Shown: positions 1 to 13,930 of the stretch, one piece after another | Position numbering within the stretch: position 1 is the stretch's first letter | Layout: each line of letters opens with the position of its first letter | From: Azolla caroliniana | Lineage: Eukaryota > Plantae > Polypodiophyta | Assembly (NCBI GenBank): GCA_043228905.1 | Contig: JBHGNT010000011.1 | Coordinates: forward strand, 12,028,001-12,092,000 | Length of the DNA stretch: 64,000 nt | Reading direction: 5' to 3' | Notes under the pieces: model-generated | Databases searched by the model: none | What the model was told of the DNA's origin: nothing | The model's input: only the letters and a program-made list of their open reading frames with translations | Program-made: the position numbers and the translations under genes

Positions 1-83
1 TCAAATTAGTATAAATATGACCTAGGGCAAACATAGCTTGTGACGAATAGAGTTATTATGGTGTAACTACTGTACAGAACGAA

Positions 84-123
<40 letters not shown>

Positions 124-631
124 TGAACAATCTCTGTTGTAACCGCCTGTTGGCGAAGATTGAGAGCATGAGGTCGTTGCCTCTGTGACTTATTACTGTT
201 GTATTCTTCTTACATAGTAATAGTTTGGAGTCTGTGGGTTCCCGTGGTTTTTTCCCCATTTAGGGTTTTTCCATGAAAACATGTTGTGTACTTTCTCTTG
301 CTCTATTGTTTGAGTGTATACGTGTATTTCTCTCTATTCCCATCTTTCTGTGGTTGATCCTAAGACTCGGTTGTGGCCGAGCAATATTCTGCATATTCTC
401 TACAATCTCTTCCTTTTTCAGATTTATCCCTGTCTTCATTTTCATTGTCTTCATCAGTTTCCATTTTCTTTTGGGGTGTACTAGCTGCCCAACTCATCAA
501 ATATTACATCACGGCTCACTACAATCTTTTTTGTCAACGGGTTATAGCATCTATACCCTTTTTGTTCCTCTGAATATCCAACAAGAACACATTTTTTAGT
601 TTTTGGATCAAGCTTACTTCTTACTTCAACA
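1..631 (+). mobile_element. 3' part of an LTR (runs off the window start) inserted into a Copia integrase
   Basis: Has a TATA-like TATAAATA at ~10, a (GA)n tract and a GTGGTTTTTTCCC box, the same layout as the LTR at 49889-50440. Ends ...TCAACA at 631, directly abutting the interrupted Copia integrase motif (..CLAYVHVP-like, minus strand). Confidence 0.65.
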
Positions 632-2227
632 GGTACATGGACATAAGCAAGGCATCGAAACTTTTAAGTGTCCTAAACTAGATTCCCTTCCATAGAAACA
701 TTCTTCAGGAGTTACTTCATGTACTCCAGATGTTATACATCTATTTAGAATAAAGTTTGTTGTGTTTACAACTTCTTCCCAATAATACAATGACATAATT
801 TTTTCCAGTCATCATGGCACTTGCTATGTTCACCAGAGTTCTATTTTTTCTCTCAGCAGCTCCATTTTGCTGTGGAGTATATCCACATGTAAACTGTCTT
901 CTTATTCCTTGATTACATAGAAAATCAGAAAATTCATTTGAGAAATATTCTCCTCCATCAGATCTTAAACACTTTACTCTAGTCTCGGCTTGCTTTTCAA
1001 CCATGCATTTGAACTTACGAAAGTAATCAAATACTTCACTTTTTTCTTTCATGAAGTAAACCTATGTTTTCCTTGAGCAATCATCGATAAAAGTTACATA
1101 GAACCTGCAACCACCAATTGATTGATTTTTGTTGGTCCCCATACATCCGTATGTACCAAATCCAACAAATTTTTGCTTACATGTCTTTCATGAGGTAAAG
1201 GCAACCTGTTTTGCTTTCCATATTGGCATGCTTCACATATTCTGCTCATCTCACAGTCTTTCAACTTTGGCGGTCCAGCCACTACATTTTTCCTCAACAT
1301 ATTTTTCAAAGTTTGCATACTTATGTGTCCAATTCTTTTATGCCACATTTCCACATATGAGATCACATTCATTTCTCCTGCAAACATGGTTGTAATCATT
1401 TTAGGTATATCCACATCTAAGATAAACATTCTTCCTTGACGTTTTCCTTTTGCAATCAACTTTCCATGTTTCTGTATAAAGCATCCACTTTGCTTAAACT
1501 TAACTTGCATTCCTTGCTCTACTATCAGTCCAATAGAAATTAGTTTTTTTGCAAGGTTTGGCACGTGCATAACATTAAGCATATACTTCGTTTTTCCTTT
1601 TTCATCCCACAATGGGATATCTCCAACATGCTCAATTCGGTGAGTAGTATTATCACCTATCTATACATAACCAGGAATATCTAGTTCTCTTAGACTTTCA
1701 AACCACTTTACATGTCCTGTCATATGATTAGATGCCCCAAAATCTACATACCACATATAATTTTCATTGCATCTTTGTGAACATTCAGCCATTGATGTTG
1801 TTTCATGTTACATCACAAATGCACAATCTTTATCACAGTCTTCACTAGTTGAAGCATAGTTATTTTGTTGTTTCTTCCCTCTTTTTTCATCATTTTGCTT
1901 TTTATAGCATTCAACCTATGTATGGCCTGGTTTTCCACAGTACCAACAACCATCATCATTCAAATAAGTTTGCTTACCTCTCCCTTGATTGCTCCCCTTG
2001 CATCTGAGGTTGTTTCTTCCACTTGTAGCTTGTTGTCCTCTTCCTTGATAATTATTGTTGTTTCTAGATGAACCAAATCTTCCATGGCCTCTTCCTCGGC
2101 CTCTTCCAGCACTATTGTAGAGGGCTTGCCCCTCAGTCTCAGAGTTTCCTTTGTTTACATCATCCATCTGATTTCTTTCTTCCACTATAAGCATTGAAAC
2201 TAGATCTAGAAAACTTGGGATGCTATC
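632..2227 (-). mobile_element. Degenerate Ty1/Copia internal fragment (gag zinc knuckle, protease, GAG-pre-integrase, integrase core)
   Basis: ORF fragments carry CWYCGKPGH, WHKRIGH...CEACQYGKQ, LDLVHTDVWGP and KCLRSDGGEY...TPQQNGAAERKNRTL. Stops and frameshifts are present, and both ends are cut by other LTR insertions. Confidence 0.92.
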
Positions 2228-5200
2228 TGTTAGCCGGACAAGTATAATGCGTCGGAGTCGGAAGGAAGTTCGGAGTCGGATCGACAGTTCGGATTGATGA
2301 CTCAGCAGATAGCCAAATAGGATATAGTTAGTTACGAAGTTTTGTAATTCTTGATAAATATAGGTAGTAGGATGTCTTGATGAGAAAAGACCTTCGGGTT
2401 ACCTATAAAAGGAACCGAAGGCATTGTAAAAATCTATTGTTGTATTTAGTAATATAAAGTTTAGTTAGGAAACCTCTGTGTACGAATTGCTCTTGCTATC
2501 TATTTCCTTCTGTCTAAGCTATATTACATAAGTCACGATCTCGATGTCTGTTATCATCGATAAGTTTACAACTAATTCGTATCTATTCGTCTAACCACAA
2601 CTTCTTGATAGAACGTTTGGTATGAACGTTCGTCTTATACTGTGTCGACAAAGTAGTAATTGTCGACCGAACAACACAGTATAATTTTGGCACGCCTAGT
2701 TACATTTGTACATAACAGAGAACAAGACGAATGGATGTCATTTGATCCAGATACACCAGTCGGTTGTAAACTTCCTCGTACGCGTTCTGTTACGAAGGCG
2801 TTAGAGACAGAATCAGTTGAGGAATTACAGCTGAAAACAAGTGGAAGGTGGTCTGTACTTCCTGATTTAACTGATAGCCAAGCCAGTCTTCGGACGAAAA
2901 TCAACTGGAACAGGTATCATTTTACGATATCTGGAGTGAGGAAAATATGCCTTATCCATATTCTAAGTTCCGTGAGGGAGCTGATGTAGAAGTGCATGTG
3001 AGGGATTTCCTGACAACATGGGAGATTAACCATGAAGCTTAGAGACTGTCGGCAGCAACCGAAGATAAGTCTAAGATTGCTGAGTTCGTTTTGTCATTGG
3101 AGGGTTATTCTACTAATTGGTTTGCGCAAAATGGTCTCCGTGGGTTTGAAACAGTCGAACAATTGACCAACAAATTTTTGCAGTTATTTCATCATCAGAT
3201 ACCTCAAAAGGATTTGATAGCGTAATTTTATGCGTTGTATCAGGAGCAACATGAAACGGTGTCTCAATTCGTGATCCGTTTTTAGAATTTACAACTTCAA
3301 ATTTCCAGGCCTATTCTGGACAATGAATTGAAGGATGTATTCTTTGAAGCAATTCGTGAACCATTACGAACAACACTGAAGGTGTTCGATTTCCGGAATC
3401 AGAATATTGAGCAAGTGATTGATAAGGCAATCGCTATGGGCCGACCGCCGATAAATGTACGGAGTATGGATATGTTAGCACTAAATCGTACACTGCCAAC
3501 GATGGAGGAGGTACAATTTCGATAAGCAGTTCAGTGTACTACTTGTTTAAATACTGGTCATTCGGCGATCAAATGTAGTCTACGAACACATTGCACAATA
3601 TGTCATTCTAAACTTCATTCGGTCGAGCAATGTGAGTATAACTTGCTCAATAAGATGACGGGTCCGGTAAGACAAATTTTTCCGGAAAACGGGTACAAAA
3701 ATAACCAGAATTTGTTCAATAATGGGTACCAACAAAATAGTTTTCCACAAAATCAACAAAATAATTTTCAACAAAATCAGGCCTTTCAACAAAATAATTT
3801 TCAGCACAATCAAGATTTTCAACAAAATCAAGAATTCTCGGTAGCAAAGAATATGAATCAGCAACAACAAAATGAAGGACGGTTTTAAGCAAAATCGGTA
3901 TAAAAATAAAAAATTCTACAAGCTGAAAGCCTCACAATAGTTTCAACAATCACCAAATTCTAATGGGAATGATGGTCAATAGTTTATGCAAAATGATGGG
4001 ACTGGTCAATTTGTGCAAAGCAAGGGAAGTGGAACGTTTGTTCCTACTTGTTATATTTGCCGTCAAACTGGTCATTATGCTAATCAGTGTCCTGCTAAAG
4101 GAAAAGGACCGACGGTTAATATGGTTATACCAGAAATATAGCAAGTAACCACTAGAAGCAAAAGTAAACAATCTGAGTGGGAGATTCAGGAAGCAGTTCG
4201 AAAAGCAGCCAAGGAATGGGTAGAGGAAGCAAACCAAAATAATGTAAACCGGATGCTCCAAGACAATGAAATTACCCAAGCTACCGAATTACCAAGACCT
4301 ATTGTTGTACCAGAACAAGAGGAAACTTAGAAGATCATGGCAGATTGCCAAGTATCACTACCACTGGCCGGCTAACTTAAGTTGGTTCCTAGATTTACCG
4401 AAAAGGTGGCGACATTGATTGCCCAAAAAGGGTTAGAACAAGTATCGGTACACCATAGTTAGCTAAGCACCAACCCTTCAATCATGGATGAGCAAAATCC
4501 ATCGATTAAAGTAATAATTCATGGTCAGGAAATTGAAAATGCGATTGTTGATGGTGGCTCAAGAGTAAATGTCATTAATAAAACCACATGTGATAGGTTG
4601 GGTATTACTAAATGGGAAGCTTGCCCATTTTGGCTAAGAATGGGAGATACCAATACGGTACGACCAATTGGCTTAGTCCGACAATTAGAGGTGGTGTTGG
4701 GTGGTCATAGCTTTCTGATATCGGTAGAAATACTTCATTTGGAAGCTCTGGGTGCATATCCCTTGCTATTAGGGCGCCCATGGTTAAAGACTGTTAACAT
4801 CAAGTAGAATTGGAATCAGGATCAATTGACATTTAGAAAAGGCAAAACGAAAATCCGGGTCTCTACACAGAACAAGGTTGTGACAAGCAAACAATGTTTG
4901 CCAGTGCATGCTGAGTCCGTCAATATGATGGAAGGATTAGACGAGGTCGAAGAAAATCAGTATTTTGATGATAATCCGAAAATCATTCCTTTGTTCGAAG
5001 TGGATATTTTACAAGCCTTGACACCATATGTGGATTCCCAGCAGGAATTGCCAATAGATGAGCAAACAATGAAGGAAATACGACTCCAGCAAGAAGCTAC
5101 CGACAGAGAGATGAAGGTGTCCCAACAAGTTCAAGCGCATTGGAGGAAATAAATTTGGCAGAAGAGGATAAGGATAATGAGTTGAAAACAATACTCATTG

Positions 5201-6548
5201 CTAAAGATATGATAGAAGCTTACAAACAACAGTTAACGGCATTATTAAAGCAATATAAGGATGTCTTTGCATGGTCTTTTGAAGATATGAAGGGACTTGA
5301 CCCAGCTTTCTGTCAACATCAAATCAACCTACATAAGGATGCAAAGCCAGTTCAACAACGCAGGTATCGATTAAATCCTAATTATGCTATTAAAGTAAAA
5401 GAAGAAATAGATAAAATTTTGAAAGTAGGGTTTATTCGTCCGGTGAAAAAATCGACATGGTTAAGTCCAATCGTAGTAGTTCCGAAAAAGAATGACAAGA
5501 TTAGGGTATGTGTCGACTACCGAAAACTGACTGCGGCTACCATTACGGATGCGTTCCCATTACCATTTACGGATGGTATATTGGATGCGGTAGCTGACCA
5601 TGAAGTCTATAGTTTCCTAGATGGTTTTAGTGGTTATAATCAGGTTCGGATGAATCCGGAAAATCAAGAAAATACAACTTTTGTTATAGAATGGGGAGTG
5701 TTTGTAGCGGTAGTAATGATGTTTGGCTTGAAGACCACTCTGGCGACATTCCAAAGAGTGATACAGGAAATATTTGGGGATTACATTCCTGTATTTATGC
5801 AAGTCTTTTTGGATGATTTTGTTGTTTATAGTCGGAAAACTGAACATTTTGAGCATTTACGACTATGTTTGGAGAAATGTCGGAAAGGTCGACTTAGTTT
5901 AAATCTGGCAAAATGTGCATTTAGGGTCACTAGTGGCACATTATTAGGCCATATTGTCAGTCAAGAAGGAATTGTAGTGGACCCTGACAAGGTTAAAGCC
6001 ATACTGGAAGCACTGGCACAAAGTTCCAGTGGACAAGTGTGGAACAGGATGCATATGATTGTCTCAAGAAAATGTTGTCCAAAGTTCCAGTGGTTCAACC
6101 ACTGGATTGGAATAAGCCATTCCATGTCTTTGTCGACACATCGGACATCGCAATCCGAAGTGCATTAATGCAGTTGACTGAACCAAATTAGTAGAGGCTA
6201 GTGTATTATGTTAGTCGGAAACTCTCGACAGCGGAAAGAAACTATTCTACAACTGAGAGGGAAACTTTAGGAATGATCTATAGTGTCAATAAATTTCGAC
6301 ACTATCTTTTGGGGAAAAAGTTTACATTTCATGTTGATCATTCAGCTCTTCTTTATTTGGTCTCAAAATAGGAGTTAACTGGTAAGTTAGCAAGATGGAT
6401 TCTTCTACTACAAGAATTCGAATTTGACATTTTACATTGGCCAGGAGTATAGCATGCAGTGGCTGATTATCTCAGTCGACTGGAGTCAAGAGAAGAAGGC
6501 ACAAGTGTCAAAGATGATTTTCCGGATGCCCAGCTTTTTCGAGTGGAT
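2228..6548 (+). mobile_element. Truncated Ty3/Gypsy (non-chromovirus, Tat/Athila-like) retrotransposon: 5' LTR, PBS, gag, protease, RT, RNase H
   Basis: LTR starts TGTTAG at 2228. PBS-like TGGCACGCCTAGT at 2688-2700 resembles the complement of a tRNA-Arg 3' end. Gag has CCHC knuckles, protease has AIVDGGS...LLGRPWL, RT has RVCVDYRKL/FLDGFSGYNQ/FLDD, and RNase H has RNYSTTERE and HAVADYLSRL. Many stops; no integrase or 3' LTR. Confidence 0.9.
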
Positions 6549-9017
6549 TTGGCCGCGTGATAAAACCTAACTCAGAGAAGTGCATGAAGTGTTTCTTATA
6601 GTACAACATTTTAGATGGGAGTGGCTCTAGTGGGGTGATCCATTTACACCGAGTGTAAATTTGCCATATTTCTTGGCGTATTACTTTATTGCAGTCCTCA
6701 TAAGAGATTAAAGTGTTATCACTCGTGTGGTTGTACCTAAGGGGAGGTAGGTTATTAATGTCTAGACCATTCGCAAGAAGACAACTCACCATCGTGCCAT
6801 ACCATGAGCTAGTATAGCCGGACTCATACAATGATCGAGAGGCCTTAAAGGCTTGATGAGATATTCTATCATGTGGTTGGCTATGTATCCTATGAATGAA
6901 GACTACAAGTTGAAAAAGTGCCTCTACTAACATTGGGGGTAACGTGAACTCAGCCCTAATAATGTCATGTGGTACAGTCGATTTGCTTCGGAGTTGGCGT
7001 GATAGCATCATCACTAATGGTCTCTCTAATTGCGTCCACATGAAAGATGGTAATCCTGGAGCCCAAACCGTTGATGCATACATGAGGGAGGGGGTCACTA
7101 ATGAGTAAAAGAACCACCCTTTAGTCCATGGCTCTTGAAAGTGTGCTTGGTGGCATTGTCTCTCTAGGAGTGAGAGGGATGCATGTCCTCTCGTGAGTCT
7201 ATCCTTCGCTGCTTGTGTAATCGAAAATTTACCTGAGCGGGCACTAAAAGTGACTCCGAGATAGACGTATGATCCAACCACCTCGACTGGGCTATGGGAG
7301 ATAGTTAGGTGACACTTAGCTCTAACATGGGCCGATGTGTGGAAGATAAGGACTTTCGTTTTCCCTAGATTCACTACCAATCCTCGTTGTACACAAAAGT
7401 CATGTAAGGCATTAAGGTGCCTTTGTAGGTCGTGTTCAGATTCAGAGAGCAAAACTATGTCATCCGCATAGAGCAAGATACGAACCTGCGTATCCCCAAG
7501 GACCACTCTGGTGCCTCCCTCATGAGCAATAAAATATGTGATCTCATCAATGTAGATCCCAAAAAGCGTCGGTGATAGGGAGCAACCTTGTTTTACACCA
7601 ATAGTGCTAGTGAAACGATTAGATAGGCCACCTGGGCATCCGACACACCCGGACACTTGTTCATATAGTGCGTAGATGGCCCATACCATATCATCTGGTA
7701 TCCTCAAGCTTTTAAGTCTATCAAACAACCGCTCTCTAGGGACTGTGTCAAAGGCTTTGCGGAAGTCCACAAAACAACAATATAATTTCTTCTTGCGAGC
7801 CTTAGTTTGGTCAATTAGGCATCTAAGTGTGAAGATATGATCAATAGTGGAGAAGGCTCGTCTAAAGCCAGCTTGTTCAGGTGCACAAAGGTTTAGGGTC
7901 TCCATATAGTCGCTAAGCTCTGTTTCCATTACTCCACCATATAACTTAGCAAGGGTGTGGCCTATCATAATGGTCCTATATGTATTTGGGTCCATGGGGT
8001 CCCCCCCTTTATGTATGGGGGCCACTGTATTCATAGTCCACTGTGGTGGAAAACCCTCCGCAAGGGCACGATTGAAGGTTAGAGTTAGCAAGGGAGCTAG
8101 GCACTCTCTCGCATATATAATGTGTTCTGCTCGTAATCCTGTGTGGTCCATGGACTTCCTATGTTGTAATTTCTTTATGACCTTCACAACCCTAGAGGTC
8201 GTGAAAAGTGTCCCCATGGTAGGCTGGGGTGTGGAAGGCATTGGAATGGGTGGTTGGTTTGGGATTTGGTAAAGTCTCTCTGTATATGTGTGCCAAGTTT
8301 CGGGATCTTCGATGGGTGTTTGTGGTCTTGGCTCCCGTAGTCTCTTCCATGTCGTGGTGCAATCGCTACTCATGAGCATATGGTAGAGTTCCCAATATTG
8401 GGATGCCTCCCACGCTCGTTTCTTACGACGTGTCATCTTGCGCATTTCTTTGCGAGCTTGTATGGAGGTAATACTACCATTGAGTTGCGATACTGTAAGT
8501 TGTCTATGTAAGTCCCTACAATCCTCATCATGCCATTTATTTTGTGGCATTGATCCTGATCTACCTTGATTTGAGTGTTTTGTATATGGGAAACTGCTAG
8601 TTGCTGCGGAGTGAAGGATGTGTGTGAGTTTTGTACTAAGGCTTTCTAACGGTAGGGATGGATCAAGGGAGGGGAGATGGGCCTGAACATGTTGAGAGTA
8701 TATGTCAGAGAGCTCATGTGTGAAATGTATTGTGGTGTGATGGCATGGTTGACTAGACTTGGTGACCTTAGAGATATCACATTTTAGCTCGAAGTATAAG
8801 AAACTATGGTCTGTGCCAATAGGGCATGGGGCCACTCGGAAGGATTTAATCATGTGGGTAGCTTCATGGCGTCCTATTAGATAATCAACTATGCTTTCCC
8901 CTCCTCCATGTGGGAAACATGTGAGCTCTTCCGAGCCCGACCACTTAGCTAAACCATTATATATGACCATCCGGTGCTGACTACCAAGTTCGAGCAGATG
9001 ATGGCCAAAGCTCATGG
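6549..9017 (-). mobile_element. Internal fragment of the RTEX-like LINE ORF2 (end of endonuclease plus RT), lacking both termini
   Basis: Nearly identical by eye to 27499-29966 of the full-length copy. Contains QAGFRR, FVDFRKAFD, GVKQGC and LLYADD. The ORF stays open across the fragment. Confidence 0.93.
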
Positions 9018-9740
9018 TTGATTGTACTGAAATCTCAGTTTTTAAAATAATTGTATTGATGGTAATTAGACCTTGGAAATGTCGTTTACATGGTCTATGC
9101 AATATTTGCGTGGTTCACAATCACCACTTCAAGCATCTAATGTTGATCTTGATAGTTTGTCCATCCACAATAGAGAAACATTTACGTGGGACCAAGGATA
9201 ACAAAACGAGCAAAACTCTGGTGGATATCATTGTTTATGACTATACACCGACAAAAGTTGGACGTTTAAGGAAGTCAACGATAGACATAATAAAAGAGAA
9301 ATTACCAAGTGTAGATGGTGTATTAGATTGAAGGCGAACTTGATTTAGTGCACATAATTTGGAGGCACAATTTGGTTTTAGATAATGACAATGTTTTGAT
9401 TGGTACATTTGAAAACGAGGAGGAAGAGTCACAATTGTATATTAGCTATAGTAGTGACTCTCATGAAAGTAGTGATCACAATGATGCAAATAACTCCTAA
9501 ATGTATATTTTGTGCAACGATATGTAACAGATTTAGATAACATTTTATCGAATGATATAAAAAAGTTGATTGTTTTGAAATCTTTCGCTTATGATTAGTT
9601 TAAGATCTAAAAAATTACTAGTTGTAATTCCTCCTCAAAAATACACAAAGTTATTTTTCGTGTTTTGCCAAAAATTGCCATTTTTCAATTTTACCAAATG
9701 GTGAAATTTTCAGCTTTTTCATCAAGTTTTCGAGAACATG
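9018..9740 (+). mobile_element. Possible 3' remnant of a DNA transposon (hAT-like)
   Basis: Degenerate acidic C-terminal tail (ENEEEESQ...SDSHESSDHND*), followed by an AT-rich subterminal region ending ...GAGAACATG. Confidence 0.25.
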
Positions 9741-10579
9741 TGATACTGGTATCAAGGTGTTTTGTGAAATGGCAAAAAAAGCCCAAAATTAGATGGAATA
9801 TTCCTTATCCTTCCATTTGTACGCGATCCTTCCACTTGTGAATGCGAACGTGTTGAGTTTTTAGAAGCTTCCAAAAAGCTCCAAAAGCTGGAACATTCTA
9901 GAAGCTTCTGCATGAAAAGGGTTCTATGCATGGAACTACATGCATAGCCCACAAACATGCATAAATATAGGGGTTCACCTTGAGTAGGGTCAAGGTAAAC
10001 AAGTTACGGAATCCTATATTCTGTTGTGTTTATCTCTTGCTTCTCTTTCTATCTCTCAGTATCTTACCTTTGCCTAGCTCTATTTTGCTCTACTCTTTTT
10101 GTCCGTGATAGAAACAATCAATTTCATGCAAGAAACGATCAGTTTCCTACAACAAAAGGTTCATTTCCTCACAAGAAACAAATTTTTTCTTGCTCATCTT
10201 ACCTCTAATGCAATGCCAACACTTGAATCGAGGCCCACAGATAGTGTAGGTGGCACATAGTTTCTCCCCTCTAAAACCCTCCTCCACATGATATTGTTAG
10301 ATTCTCAAGACTCCCACCAAAAAACAGTCATTAGGAGGTCATCCACACCTAAGGCTTCTTTCAACGTGACCACACCTGCGGCTTCTTCCAAGATATCCAA
10401 GCACCTCAAAAATCTTTGACACCTCAAAGTTGTGATTTAGGGTTCAATAACAGAATAATAGTTCATGCTCCGAACACCTCAAAGGAAAACTTAATAATAA
10501 TAATAATAATACACACTTTAGCACTTTTACCGTGACTATGTCTCCGAACTCACTTATAAAAGCTTCTTCGTGACACTCA

Positions 10580-12262
10580 ACGGATAAGGACAAAGCACTA
10601 TCGTTTGACCCACCAAATGCTCAATCCGTCAACGTAAAAGATGCCCTAGACACGAACAAAAAAAACGATCAATGGAAAAATGCAATTTCCATTATCAATA
10701 ACCACGCTTGGGAGCTCATAGCACCACCTAAAGGACATTGCATTGTCGATTGTCAGTGGCAACTATGACGTTAACTGAACGGACATAAAACACGGTTAGT
10801 CGCAAGAGGCTTCCCTAAGGTATACAGTGCCAATGTTTTGGAAACTTACTCACCCATTCTTTCCATGGGCGGCTCTATCAACTGACACAAAGCATGATTA
10901 CTCGCAAGAGGCTTCACTTAGGTATATGGTGATGATTTTTTTGGAAACTTAGTCACCCATTCTTTCCATGGATTCACTACATACAACTATAGCCACTGCC
11001 CCAATCTTGGTTTCCTATTCATCAAATGGATGTAAAAACCACATTCCTAAATGGCACTCTTGAAGAAGACATATATATGTCACAACCACTAGGACACATA
11101 AACCTAGAACATCCTGATTGGGTTTGTAGACGTAAAAAATCACTCTATGCAAGCACCTAGAAGTTGGTACTACACCCTACATAAATTTTTACTTGACGTA
11201 TGTTTCTCTAGGTTGAAATCCGACTCTAACATCGACACTAGACAATAAAAACCAAATGTGCACATCATAGGACTCTACATAGATTATCTTCTACTCATCC
11301 CTTCTTGCTTACATCTTATGAACAATGCCAAGAACGAACTTTGTAACAAGTTTGAAATGATTTATAACAGTCCTCTAAAATACATGTTAGGCATTCATGT
11401 AGAAAGAGAGCAACAGACTGGAGACATATTCATCCATCAACAAAAAATCATTCAAGGAATTCTAAGAAAATATAAAGCGGATCATTTAAGCCAAAACTCT
11501 ATTCTTGCACTTCCAAACCAATTATTGTTTGTTGATATGAGTTCAACAAAGGAAAACGAATATGGTCATGTTCTAGAACTACCTTATCGGCAAAAACTTG
11601 GTGGCTTCGCTACTTGGTGACTTGCAGAAGACCATGTATTCCCTTTGTTATAGGCCTTTTTTCAAGGTTCATGCACAACCCCCAACATCAAGAACAGACA
11701 ATGGCACTTCTAAAAATTTTGCAATACCTCAAATACACTTCCAAACATAGTACATTATGTATTGATACGGAGGAAATGATCCACTACAAATCCAAGGATA
11801 GTTTAACTTAGATCCACTATGAATCCAAGGATGGTCCAAAGCTAAATTTCTACTTGTTGCATTAGTCACTTGAGAAGAAGTTTGGCTACAACGACTACTC
11901 ATGGAATTTAAGCTTGATGATTAACTACTTCATCATAATCTATGATTAACACTCACAAAAGTTCAACAACAAGTCGACAATAAATCATGCATTGCCCTAA
12001 TCAATACCCCAAAGCATCATGAAAAGACCAAACATGTTGATTGCAAGAACTTCTATATCAAAGAGCTCGTTGAAGAAGAGGAGGGGGAAAATGAATGCCA
12101 AGTTTAATCCAATGGGCCAATTTTAAGCTTCACGCCAAGTTTAATCCAATGGGCCAATTTTCTGACCAAAGATGTTCATAAACCTAATCATGAGCTTTGT
12201 TGTAAAGAAATTGGTCATGCTCACACAAAATGTAATTCATCTTCCTAAAAAAAGAGGGAGAA
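10580..12262 (+). mobile_element. Highly degenerate Copia RT/RNase H with polypurine tract
   Basis: Motif remnants [52 protein letters not shown] and VDNKSCIAL...HEKTKHVD. PPT AAAAGAGGGAGAA is followed by TGT at 12263 (likely 3' LTR start). Confidence 0.85.
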
Positions 12263-13019
12263 TGTGAACACTAATAAGTGTGAACATTAATTATTTATCT
12301 ACTAATTAATAAAAGATGCAACTCTTGGAGTTGCAGAATGTGAAAAGACACAAACATGAAGAGACACATCTTCACGGAAGGACACATTTGTGATTAGTAC
12401 AAATATAGTTTAACGCCAAGTTTTGCATAGACAGACATCATAAGTGTTACAACTATTATTCCGCTTAATACAATTTCATCATTCCTAGTATATTCTTATC
12501 TCATGATGTTCTTATATTATCGTATGTTGGATGGGTATAGTATAGTCTCAAAAAATTTGGTGCAAAATTCTAAGTTTTCAAGTGAATTGTGCAAGATGTT
12601 TTTGCGATTTATGCAAATTACTTTATATAAAATGATTATACAAAGGCGTCTACACAACAAGTTTACACGAGCACTTCACGTGATTCAGTAACGTGATGAC
12701 TTTACATGACACTTTTTTCCCAAAGGTTTTACTTGAGGAATTTCCATGAGTGCGAAATTACGCGAAGGTTTCCCTAAGGAATTTTTGTGAGCATGAACTT
12801 TTGCAAAGGTTTTCCATGAAGGAATCACTTGAACAATCTTCACTAACAAATCATGTGACGATTTCACATAAGGACATTTACGTGAAAGACTATTTATGTG
12901 AAGAAATATTCTCGAACAAATTCCATGAAAGGCATTATCTCATGGAACTCGTCATCAACAACATCATATTTCCTTGGTTTAGGCCTCCAATGGTCCCACT
13001 CAACATTCACACACATATA

Positions 13020-13930
13020 GTTTAGCAATGGCGGCAAAGAGGACACACTATGGATTTGAGAACATATAGAGCGGTGGAGAAATTTAATGTTGAGTTCTAA
13101 GGAAATACCATTTTACATGTTGGTAACATAGGTGCTTCTCTATGGGGTGGAGGTGGGTGGAGGTATACAGCGACAACATTTCTAATTCTACTCGGAAAGT
13201 GTTTGAAAATGTCCTATAACAATTTCCTATGACGTTTCTTAAAGTCAAGTCCCAAACGCCAAACATGTTTATACTTCTACTTCATGAGACCAAGTCACTT
13301 CCCATTGAGATCATGGCCATGGAAAGGGTGTTTGTATGCATGCTTAGGGTTATAAAAAGCTCTGACACCCACTTCCTAGGATCACATAAGAAGTAAGTGA
13401 AAAGATTAAAAGACATATAAAAGCAAAAATTGTGCTTCAGGTGGAATATGAAGAAGTGGTTTTGGAAAATGGGATGCATCACATTTGGCTCATGACGAGT
13501 CGATAGATTCCTCTGTGAGTGAGATTTTTTTGCAACGTCCATGTAACACTCCTTCAAAAAAAGATGTGGAGGCTCAAATGTTGCATTAAACTACAATACC
13601 ATCTTCTGAGAATAAAGAAAACAAATTCAATGATACATGCTAGACCCCATCCATTGTTTGCCATCCACACTATTGCTTCAATACAACTAGTCCACAAATC
13701 TCTTCGATGCAAGGCGGGTAGGTGGGGCATACATGAGGAGACTAAGAAACTATGCATATTTTGCCATGAATAAAGCGTGGGAGTCAAGAGCATCATGCTT
13801 TGATGCAATGCGTTGCATTCAATCACATTTGAGTTCGCTTTCAACACATAGCTAACTAGGTCCACACCTTGCACAACATTCCTCTCACAATCACAAATAT
13901 GCACTCTCAATTGGAAAGTTTATTGGTGAA
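13020..13930 (+). mobile_element. Degenerate 3' fragment of a LINE ORF2 (RTE/RTEX-like)
   Basis: Remnants YGVEV..., FLKVKSQTP...SLPIE, and LRCKAGRW...KLCIFCH...C, which resembles the C-terminal CCHC region of the LINE at 26865-30596. Confidence 0.65.

Noticed and set aside
7955-8272. Antisense ORFs here and at 28921-29223
   Set aside because: They are shadows of LINE ORF2 and are shared only because the two copies are near-identical.
6508-9102. 864-aa ORF as a novel fusion protein
   Set aside because: The termini are chance read-ins from flanking DNA, and the endonuclease N-terminus and CCHC are missing.
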